The notes under the pieces: generated by a model
What the model was told of the DNA's origin: nothing
Databases searched by the model: none
The model's input: only the letters and a program-made list of their open reading frames with translations
Source of the DNA: Octopus sinensis
Lineage: Eukaryota
Assembly: GCF_006345805.1 (NCBI RefSeq)
Contig: NW_021825986.1
Location: 1-14,081, forward strand
Reading direction: 5' to 3'
DNA length: 14,081 nt
In this document: piece after piece, positions 1 through 8,024 of the stretch
Position numbering within the stretch: position 1 is the first letter of the stretch
Layout: the number at the start of each line of letters is the position of its first letter
Position numbers and translations under genes: made by a program

Positions 1-120
1 CATTCCAAAGATGTTGATCGAAATTCAGAAAGAAAGTTTTAGTAAATACAATAAAAGAAGGTGTGGAATACAGGTGTGTGGAGATTTTTCAGTATATTTC
101 AATGAGTAAAGGGAGATGGA

Positions 121-471
121 AACACACACATACACACATACACACACAGACATATGTGTGTATATATATATATATACATACACACACACACATATATACA
201 CACACACACATAAATGCACATGCACACACACACATATATATATATATAAATATATACATATATGGTGCATGTGCGTTTATGTGTGTGTGCGTGTGTATAC
301 ATATATATTAATATGATATAATATAATGATATATATATATATGTGTGTGTGTGTGTGTATATATATTATATATATATATATATAGATAGATAGATACATA
401 TGTATGTGTGTGTATGTGTTTGAATGTATGTATGTACGTATAGATATGTTTATATATGTAAATATTTACAA

Positions 472-516
<45 letters not shown>

Positions 517-775
517 CACACACACACGCACATACATATATTATATATGCCATGTACATGTCAAATATCTGAATACACACATGCACAGGCACCCACACAC
601 TCACGCATATATATATATATATATATATACATACAAACATAAATATATATATGCATATAAAAATATGTGTGTATATGTATATCATTATATTATATGATAT
701 TAATATATATGTATACACAATCACAAAACATACACACACGCAAATACACATACAGACACCAACATAAATACATAC
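121..775. repeat. Compound (CA)n/(TA)n/(TG)n microsatellite tract
   Basis: Continuous dinucleotide runs; these account for the H/T/Y/I/C/V-rich ORFs at 25-751. Confidence 0.95.
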
Positions 776-1266
776 CTAGAAAAAAAAAACTATTTCGAAG
801 TTACAGAATATGCGCTTCTCCCATCGATATCAAAATTTTATCGTAATTGTTGTTAGTTACTCTTGTATTTTTTAATCTTTTCTTCTTTATAATTCTTCGT
901 TTCGTTCCTTTTATTGTTCCAGCTTTTTCTCTTTTCCCATTTGTTTCTACATCGAGACTATTTCTTATTGTTCCATATATTGTTGACTCTTTCTTTATGT
1001 AATCTTTAGATTTTACCAAGTTTCCGCTTTCTCTGTTTCGTTTTTCGCCTTAGTGTCGATAATATTCGTTGTTGAATTTTAATATATTTTTTTTATTGAT
1101 TTGTACATCATTTGTATGATTTGTAGATTAATGTTTGTATAAAATTAATACAGAATATATTGTCATATAAATAAGATACAACACGCTTATACACATGAAT
1201 GTAGTGACGTACATACATATACTTACATATAAATACATGAATATTGGAATGTATGTATTCTTACAG

Positions 1267-1556
1267 GGAAGGCGCACGGCTTAGAGGTTAGATAGTCAGG
1301 TTCACAATCATGGGGCAGTGTTTTTCATTCCTGATCAGGAATGTTGTTCCTGAGCACAACACTTCATTTCATGCTCATTTCATTGCTCATGCCGCTGTAG
1401 AAAATGAGTGGTACATTACAGGTGCGAAGCTGTGATAGCCTTTGTCCATCCCTTGGATAACATCGGTGGCATAGAGAGGGGTGAATGCTGGTTTTCAATA
1501 AGCATCTTGCCCGACTTGTGCCACGGAGGGGAACTTTCTAGGTACTATCTCATGGC
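1267..1556 (+). mobile_element. tRNA-derived SINE, family A (CORE-type, OR-like), old copy
   Basis: Collinear with the copy at 10494-10838: head GGCGCACGGCTTAGAGGTTAG, core CTGAGCACAACACTTCATTTC...GCTGTAGAAAATGAGT, tail CCCTTGGATAACATCGGTGG...ACTTTCTAGGT. Followed by (TA)n. The family name comes from recall of octopus SINEs. Confidence 0.8.
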
Positions 1557-1758
1557 CATATATATATATATATATATAAGTTAAAATTTATTTTCATAGA
1601 TATAATAAATATTTATATCTATTTATTCAGAATATATTTGTTAAGATATCTCATGTTTGTATTTTATGATATATTATTGTATTTGTTCAATTTTATTGTA
1701 AATTTACGTAAGATTATATACGTATATTTTTTTATTTAATTATTTTTTGTTTTTACCT

Positions 1759-1843
1759 GGGACCTGAAGAGTGGGTATATTTAAATTGAATTGATTTTAC
1801 TGTTATTAGTTTGTAAATATAACCACGAAACACGTGTGGTCTT
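1759..1843 (+). ncRNA. Minimal type I hammerhead ribozyme motif (Penelope-like element relic), probably inactive
   Basis: Stem I GGGAC (1759-63) / GTCTT (1839-43); core CTGAAGA (1764-70); stem II GTGGGTATATTTA / TAAATATAACCAC closed by G1771-C1826; GAAA (1827-30); palindromic ACACGTGT in place of stem III. The cleavage triplet is GUG, which is non-canonical. Confidence 0.65.
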
Positions 1844-2008
1844 TTTACTAATTAAATACTATTTATTCATTATTTTGTACTTTACTTAAATATTGGTATA
1901 TGTTTTATCGTAAATTTTATTTGTTCTACATGGTATAATTTAATTATATCATTATTTCATTGTTGAATTGATAATTTATATATATATAAATATATGCGTT
2001 TAGATATT

Positions 2009-2183
2009 CTTTTACACGTCTCATTCATTTGACTGCGGCTATGCTGGAGCACCGCCTTTAGTCGAACAAATCGACCCCAGAAGTTATTCGTTGTAAGTCT
2101 AGTCCTTATCCTATCGGTCTCTTTTTCCCAACCACTTAGTTTCGGGGACATAAACACTCCAAAATTACATCAGTTGTCAAGTG
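2009..2183 (-). mobile_element. SINE family B, 3' half
   Basis: CATTTGACTGCGGCTATGCTGGAGCACCGCCTTTAGTCGAACAAATCGACCCCAG is the reverse complement of the tails at 2370-2430 and 2540-2587, and matches 7903-7960 in the same orientation. Confidence 0.8.
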
Positions 2184-2225
2184 GGCGAATAAGGTAGACT
2201 GAAACTCGTCATATTCGTGTATTCG

Positions 2226-2432
2226 TGTGTATGTGTGTGTGAGTATGCGTGTGTGACTGTTGCTGTGTTGATCCTTCACCCGACCGTTTGACAACCTGTC
2301 TCCTAATAACTTAGCGATTGAATACGTAGATTGAGACCGTTTGAATATGCAGTCGACTTAAAAGATACGTACTGGGGTTGACTTGTTCGAGTAAAACCCT
2401 TCAACGGGATGCCCTGATTCGGCCGCACTCTA
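2226..2432 (+). mobile_element. SINE family B, diverged 3' half beginning at its internal (GT)n
   Basis: TTGACAACC...TAACTTAGCG...GAGACCG...CTGGGGTTGACTTGTTCGAGTAAAA...GGCCGCA is collinear with the reverse complement of 2009-2183. Confidence 0.7.
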
Positions 2433-2460
2433 GTTACAGCTTTAGTGAAATATAAAAACG

Positions 2461-2527
2461 TAGCTCATTTAGTTAGAGCGTCGTGCTAATAATGCAAGTG
2501 TCGTGGGTTCGAGCCTGCTACTGACCA
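2461..2527 (+). pseudogene. tRNA-Ile (anticodon AAT) pseudogene, 5' acceptor strand lost
   Basis: TAGCTCATTTAGTTAGAGCGTCGTGCT-AAT-AATGCAAGTGTCGTGGGTTCGAGCC...ACTGACCA matches the invertebrate tRNA-Ile(AAT) from U8 onward; anticodon at 2488-2490. Positions 1-7 are replaced by AAAAACG, and the anticodon and T stems carry mismatches. Confidence 0.8.
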
Positions 2528-2539
2528 ATATTTATTCAC

Positions 2540-2587
2540 GGTGGTGCTCCAGCATGACCAATGTCTCATGGCTGAAACGAATAGAAG
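2540..2587 (+). mobile_element. SINE family B, terminal 3' fragment
   Basis: GGTGGTGCTCCAGCATGACC...ATGGCTGAAACGAATAGAAG is the reverse complement of the motif at about 2015-2056. Confidence 0.6.
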
Positions 2588-3147
2588 TATGAAACAAAAA
2601 ATAGAAGAAAAGAATATGCTGATATTTGGGCTTTAAATAGCCCTTGTGAAGAGACTAACCGTTATGAAGGAATAGAGGGGTGCGATACAGGCGGACTGAA
2701 ATAGTTTAATTAAAGAATTAGCGTTGCGTAATAGTTGTCTGTTGTTGAGGGTGAGTTTATTTATTTTATTTTGTTCTTTTTTGAACAACAAAGACCCATT
2801 AATTCACAAATTTTAGATATCGCCGTTCGTGGCTTTATTGATATCCATTATGTCTTGATTTCAATCTCTATCAAAGTTATGTAATCTAAAATTGGAAATT
2901 TGAGAATTATAGAGGCCATCCGGATTAATGAAGCTAAGTTCCGTCATGAACAACGGAAACAACTAAATTAGCTAATTTTGCACTAGTAATCTGCCTATGA
3001 TTCAGTTTCCGTATTCTTACACGTTTGAGCAGATCAGAGCAAGGCTGAACTTTCATTTTCTCTTGATAAGGACATTCTAGTGCAGAGATATCGAACTATA
3101 ATATTGCTTTCAAGTTTTAGCGCAAGGGAAGCAATTACAGGGCTGGC

Positions 3148-3559
3148 GATTAGTCGATTACATCACCGTCAGTGCTCGACTGGTACTTACTTTCTCGATC
3201 TCGAAAGAATGAAAGGCAAATCGACTCCGGCTTTGTTCGAAATAAGAACATAAAGACGAAATACCTATTTCTTTATTACCCACAAGGGGCTAAACACAGA
3301 GGGGACAAACAAGGACAGACATAGGTATTAAGTCGATTACATCGACCCCAGTGCGTAACTGGTACTTAATTTATCGACGCCGAAAGGATGAAAGGCAAAG
3401 TCGACCTCGGCGGAATTTGAACTCACAACGTAACGCATACGAAATACCGCTAAGCATTTCACCCGGCGTGCTAACGTTTCTGCCAGCTCGCCGCCTATAA
3501 AGACGAAATACCGCTAAGCATTTTGCATGACGTGCTAACAATTCTACCAGTTCGATGTC
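3148..3559 (-). mobile_element. SINE family C, old host copy C1 (3148-3265 plus 3513-3559) split by C2
   Basis: Diverged family C sequence on both sides of C2. The two halves join seamlessly across the duplicated ATAAAGACGAAATACC. Confidence 0.8.
3266..3496 (-). mobile_element. SINE family C, young full-length copy C2 with 16-bp TSD
   Basis: On the minus strand: head GGCGGCGAGCTGGCAGAAACGTTAGC, B-box-like GAGTTCAAATTCC, central CCTTTCATCCTTTCGGCGTCGATAAATTAAGTACCAG, tail CCCCTTGTGGGTAATAAAGAAATA. TSD at 3250-3265 and 3497-3512. Confidence 0.9.
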
Positions 3560-3571
3560 TTTACCGAAATA

Positions 3572-3737
3572 TCTTTTCTACTCAAGGCACAAGACCCGAA
3601 ATCTTTTGGGAGGGTGCCAGTCGATAAGATCGATCCCAGTACGCAACTGCTACTTAATTTATCGAACCCGAAAGAATAAAAGGCAAAGTCGACGTCGGTG
3701 GAATTTGAACTCAGAACGTGAGGACAGATGAAATACC
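3572..3737 (-). mobile_element. SINE family C copy C3 (tail subtype CTTGTGCCTTGAGTAGAAAAGA), cut at the internal CAGATGAAATACC
   Basis: The tail matches the tail of the plus-strand copy ending at 7762; the body matches C2. Confidence 0.85.
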
Positions 3738-3979
3738 TATTTCTTTAGTACCCACAAGGGGCTACACACAGAGGGGACAAACAAGGACAGACAAACGGAT
3801 TGAGTCGATTATAAGATTGAGTCAATTTAATCGGCCTCAGTGCGTAACTGGTACTTATTTAATCGGCCCCGAAAGGATGAAAGGCAAAGTCTACCTCGAC
3901 GGAATTTGAACTCAGAACGTAGCGGCAGACGAAATACCGCTAAGTATTTCGCCCGGCGTGCTAACGATTCTGCCAGCTC
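3738..3979 (-). mobile_element. SINE family C copy C4 (same tail subtype as C2)
   Basis: TATTTCTTTAGTACCCACAAGGGG...CTGCCAGCTC is collinear with C2; the extreme 5' head is missing. Confidence 0.85.
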
Positions 3980-4076
3980 ATTCTGAGTTCAAATTCCGCC
4001 GAGGTCGACCATGCCTTTCATCCTTTCGGGGTCGATAAATTAAGTACCAGTTATGTACTGGGGTTGATCTAATCGA
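3980..4076 (+). mobile_element. SINE family C internal fragment C5, inverted relative to C3 and C4
   Basis: TTCTGAGTTCAAATTCCGCCGAGGTCGAC...CCTTTCATCCTTTCGGGGTCGATAAATTAAGTACCAG...TAATCGA. Confidence 0.85.
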
Positions 4077-4148
4077 TAACAACGCCTTATAGAATATCAT
4101 CAGGAAGCCATACAACCGTTTAAAAGTAGCAGTCAAAGTCTTCCTCAA
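4075..4148 (+). repeat. 74-bp dispersed direct repeat, copy 1
   Basis: 71/74 identical to 7762-7835. Confidence 0.95.
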
Positions 4149-4302
4149 ACTTTTAAATTACGATATTAATGTTTTGAAAGTAAATCAGAGTTCCTGGGTG
4201 CTCACAGAGAGGAACAAATGTTGAAATAAATAAATAATTTTCCTATCCAAGGGATGTTCCGACAAACTTCAGAGGATCAATATTCTCAAATCGATTGTGG
4301 GT

Positions 4303-4414
4303 GTGCGTCGCCAACTGCATAGGGTGTTTGGCTCACGATCATTATGGTGTGGTTTCAATTCCTGGGTTCATTTTACTTTGAACCAGTCTAATTAGTCTAT
4401 CTGAAAATGAGTAC
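4303..4414 (+). mobile_element. Highly degenerate family A-like SINE head and core
   Basis: TAGGGTGTTTGGCTCACGATC...GGTTTCAATTCCTGG followed by CCAGT...GAAAATGAGT. Confidence 0.45.
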
Positions 4415-4682
4415 TAACCTACTGTTGGTGCAGCTTTCTCTGCCTACATCGGACGTATCCGGGATATGCCATTAGTTGAAAGATACTAGGGGTGAATCGA
4501 GAAGGTGTTTATGTCTGCTCTCGATTACATAGACGTAGAAAATCAATTATCGAAAGAATGGTACATGTTATCAAACCGGATTTGTAAGCTTTGTCTCGGT
4601 TCTTCAGACTGGAAAGGCCAATTATCGATGTCCATGGTACATAAGTGACCGACAACAATTCACTTTGGAACGTGACGCAACT

Positions 4683-4759
4683 TGTCGCCGGGGCCGGGAA
4701 TTGAAAGTACGATGTTACAATCGTGAGTGAAACATGCTAACCACCAGGCCACGCGCCTT
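4683..4759 (-). mobile_element. Family A-like SINE tRNA head
   Basis: Minus strand reads AAGGCGCGTGGCCTGGTGGTTAGC...CTCACGATTGTAAC...TTTCAATTCCCGG, with A-box and B-box positions recognisable. Confidence 0.65.
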
Positions 4760-5083
4760 TACCTTCACGAGTGTGGCTGACTCTTTAGAATGAAACCAGG
4801 GGCATTAAAATCAGTTCCATAGAAACCTCAATGACCTTCAAGTAATGTTAGAAGCGACAGGCTCTTGTTTTATCCATGGGAAGTTTTAACTCACATCCGA
4901 TTAATATTATGGGAGAGTACGCTAAGGAAAGCTCTTAATTCTACGCACCACAGAAATAACCGATAGATCTTGAAGGAATATTTTCTTTACCAGCTTAAGA
5001 CTGACACCATATCCAAGGGGTGAAACGAAAAGTAACTTTCCTCTTCCGCCGAACGAAACGAAAACCAGAGCGAAAGAGCCTGC

Positions 5084-5305
5084 CTGTATTCAATGTTACT
5101 TCTCTAGCATCATTAAGACTGCCGTAGGTTCTAATATTATTACAATCGGTACAATGGGTCATTTTGTTATCCGGTTGACAGAAAAAGATTGATGCATTGC
5201 TAATTTCATCTGCTTTGTTATCGCATTGAGCAAAGTAATTACACAAACCGGATGTAGAAGCACTTGCTGGTGGCGCCACAGTCGTATTGACAGATGCCAT
5301 TATCG
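5084..5305 (-). CDS. Candidate coding exon, Cys-containing, product unknown
   Basis: Longest non-repeat ORF in the window (4995-5300). A long pyrimidine tract precedes TAG|CGATAATGG. About 68% of the first 73 codons start with a purine and about 40% are RNY. A possible CAG|GCAGG (GC) donor gives a 222-nt phase 1-1 exon. No homolog recognised. Confidence 0.3.
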
Positions 5306-5359
5306 CTACGTATTAAAGGTGGAAGGTAGGCACGTGTAGACAAGAGAGCTTGATAATAA

Positions 5360-5569
5360 ACAAAGAGAACGAAAGAGAAACACAGTGAAAGAGAGAACGA
5401 GAGAGAGATAACGAGAGAGAGAGAGAGAGAGGCAGAATAAAAGAAAAAGAAGGAGGAACAGAGGATAGAGTGCGAGTACGAGGGGAGAGAGGAGGAGAGC
5501 GAGAGGGAGATAGAGAAAGACACACACACTCATATATGTGTGTGTTTATATATATATATATATATATAA

Positions 5570-5602
<33 letters not shown>

Positions 5603-5697
5603 GTATATATATTATGTATATTATATATATATATGTATAATGTATATATATATATATGTAATGTATATTATATATATATATATAATATATATATATG

Positions 5698-5781
<84 letters not shown>

Positions 5782-5795
5782 CGAGAGAGAGATAT
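5360..5795. repeat. (GA)-rich / (TA,TATG)n / (GA)n compound microsatellite
   Basis: Direct inspection. Confidence 0.95.
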
Positions 5796-6379
5796 GAAGA
5801 AGACCAGTAAGAGAAAAGGAAGAGCAAAATAGATAAAAAGAGGGAGATGGCACGTGAGAGATATATTTAGTCAGATTACCCAATTCCTTTTAACCTCTGA
5901 CCCCTAACAAGGAAAATTCCCTGGTCATCCACAGGCGATACACACTAATGTTAAAATAACTTGAGCAAGATACGGCCGTTGGATGCAGGGGTGAGGAAGG
6001 CGGCAGGATTATAATTCGCACAGAATCAAGCGACTAACTGACTGACCGCTGGCTGCTAGCAAATGTCCGTTTATAATATTGCTTGCTAGGCTGATGAACT
6101 TTGGGGGAAAAAAATAAAATGACCGCTATTCATTTGTAAGGGTCACTTTTGTGTGGTTATGAAAACTGGGAGTGGAGTGAAGTAAAATGTCCGAGAAAAA
6201 TAGAACGAATGGGTGGTGCGGTGTTGACGACGGTCGAAGTCGCCTGGTTGTGTTGTGATGGTGGTGGTGGCGGCGGCGGTGGTGACGGTGGGGGTGGGGT
6301 GGGGTTTGTATGGTGGTGGTCAGCGTGATGATTGTGTGTTAGGAAGGTTGTGGTAGGTGCTAGTAAGGAAAATGCGCTC

Positions 6380-6755
6380 GCGTGTGTGTGTGTGTATGTA
6401 TGTTCGACTGTGTGAGTGTGGTAAAGACTATTTAAGTTAAACAGTTGACAGTATGTGTATGTTTTTGTATCTTTGTCTATATGTTTGTGTGTGTGACTCT
6501 GTGTGTGTGTGTATGTCTGTGCGTGTACGTGCGTGTGTCTGTGTTTGTGTTTATGCTTGCGTGTGTGTGTGTGTGCATGTCTGTGCGTGTACTTGCGTGT
6601 CTCTGTGTTTGTGTTTATGTTTGCGTGTGAATGTGTGTGTGTGTATGTAGCAAATAAAGAAAGGATTATACGAATATGCGCTCGTCTGTTCTTTGCGTGT
6701 GCGTGTGTAAATATGTGTGAATATTTGTCAATGTGTCTGAGTGCGTAAATGTGTG

Positions 6756-6786
<31 letters not shown>

Positions 6787-6840
6787 GTGTATGTTTGTGA
6801 GCGTATGTGTGTGCGCGCGTGCATCAATGCATATATGTGC
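6380..6840. repeat. Cryptic (GT)n-rich low-complexity tract
   Basis: Degenerate GT/GC/AT dinucleotide runs; source of the 246-aa His/Thr-rich antisense ORF. Confidence 0.9.
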
Positions 6841-7269
6841 GTAGCAGAAGAATGTTGAGAGATGTGATGTGATTATGGAGAAGACAGACTGGAACAAGAG
6901 GGTGGGTGTATGGATCGAATTAAGATAGAATAATGTTTACGGTTCATTTTGGTAGTCGATGGTAGCGGAAATAGGGTTTAAAATATAGGTCGGGTAGGTG
7001 GCGGTGCTGTCCGTAGGATTTGTGTTTGGGTGGATGGGGTAATGAGTGGCGTTTGGTGTGTTTGACGGTGGCGGGAATATTAATGGAATCGATCTCGGAT
7101 AATTGGGAATGAAAATGAAAACAATGAGAGCTGGACCTTAGTGATTGATGCTTAAAGGGTTTACAGTGTTAACCTGTGAGACACCGGAGTAAGAAAAGTA
7201 TAAGGGGAAAAAGAAAGAAAAGGGAAAGTGAAAGTATGAAGAAAGAAAGACAGTAAGGTGAATTTATAT

Positions 7270-7307
7270 GCATACACACACTCACTCCCTCACACACACA
7301 CATACAC

Positions 7308-7375
<68 letters not shown>

Positions 7376-7420
7376 ATACTAATACATACCAAAGTATGTA
7401 TGCGTACATACCCATGTGAG
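7270..7420. repeat. (CA)n(TA)n microsatellite
   Basis: Direct inspection. Confidence 0.95.
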
Positions 7421-7500
7421 TGAGCGTATTTGACGAAGGCGGAACTGCGAACTCACTGTCAATTTTTCCTTGTAAAAGTTTAATAAACATGTATTTTACT

Positions 7501-7543
7501 AAGGCGCAGGAGTGGCTGCGTGGTAAATAGCTTGCTTACCAAC
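7501..7543 (+). mobile_element. SINE family B, 5' head fragment
   Basis: AAGGCGCAGGAGTGGCTGCGTGGTAAATAGCTTGCTTACCAAC is a tRNA-like D-arm/A-box head. Linking it to the family B tails relies on recall of the octopus consensus. Confidence 0.6.
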
Positions 7544-7762
7544 TTTGTGGGCAATAAAGAAATAAGAAATGTTAGCACGCCGGGCGAAATGCTTAGCGGT
7601 ATTTCGTCTGCTGTTACATTGTGAGTTAAAATTCCACCGAGGTCGACTTTGCTTTTCCTCCTTTCGAGGACGATTAAATAAGTACCAGCTACGCACTGGG
7701 GTCAATATAATCGACTGCCCCCACTCCAAAATATTCGGGCCTTGTGCCTAGAGTAGAAAAGG
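7544..7762 (+). mobile_element. SINE family C copy C6, preceded by a 21-nt tail stub of a C2-type copy
   Basis: TTTGTGGGCAATAAAGAAATA (7544-64), then AGAAATGTTAGCACGCCGGGCG...CTTGTGCCTAGAGTAGAAAAGG. Confidence 0.85.
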
Positions 7763-7835
7763 ATAACAACGCCTTATAGAATATCATTAGGAAGTCATAC
7801 AACTGTTTAAAAGTAGCAGTCAAAGTCTTCCTCAA
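7762..7835 (+). repeat. 74-bp dispersed direct repeat, copy 2
   Basis: 71/74 identical to 4075-4148. Confidence 0.95.
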
Positions 7836-7896
7836 GTTATAACTTCCAACTTCAACATATTGAATAGTGCAATTCTAGATAAAACTATCTTTTATT

Positions 7897-8018
7897 TTTC
7901 AGTTGTTTCAGTCGTTAGACTGCGGCCTTGCTAGAGCACCACCTTTGAAGCGTTTACGTCGAATAAATCGGAACACTATTTTTGAAGTCTGATGCTTCTT
8001 TTATCAGTGTATTTTTGT
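7897..8018 (-). mobile_element. SINE family B, 3' fragment
   Basis: TTGTTTCAGTCGTTAGACTGCGGCCTTGCTAGAGCACCACCTTT matches about 2015-2060. Confidence 0.75.
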
Positions 8019-8024
8019 TTACTG

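Noticed and set aside
25-751. Multiple ORFs of 66-147 aa
   Set aside because: Dinucleotide microsatellite read-through with no stops in some frames; no coding signal.
801-1019. Lys-rich 72-aa minus-strand ORF
   Set aside because: Starts at TTG, reflects the local T-rich composition, and has no recognisable motif or splice support.
2640-2756. Perfect GAGG|GTGAGT donor at 2751
   Set aside because: All three frames from the nearest plausible acceptor contain stops.
2888-2967. KIGNLRIIEAIRINEAK, resembling the end of a Penelope GIY-YIG domain
   Set aside because: Only a short motif; upstream GIY-YIG residues and a downstream hammerhead are absent.
3718-3909. 63-aa ORF
   Set aside because: Lies entirely within SINE copies C3 and C4.
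3148-4076. Clustered repeats resembling a CRISPR array or a satellite
   Set aside because: Units are about 240-bp SINEs of differing subtypes and orientations, with no regular spacers, in eukaryotic DNA.
4545-4617. Minus-strand CTGAAGA...CCGGT-TT-GATAACATGTA hammerhead-like order
   Set aside because: The GAAA box is broken and no stem I pairing is possible.
4994-5123. Plus-strand exon-like segment (TTTTCTTTACCAG ... GCC|GTAGGT)
   Set aside because: Antisense to the better-supported minus-strand frame and the peptide is unrecognisable; cannot be fully excluded without RNA data.
5290-5320. IRSDNG integrase-like hexapeptide on the minus strand
   Set aside because: No other DDE integrase residues, and the frame stops 21 codons later.
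6157-6897. 246-aa His/Thr/Pro-rich ORF
   Set aside because: Antisense of (GT)n and (GGT)n low-complexity DNA.
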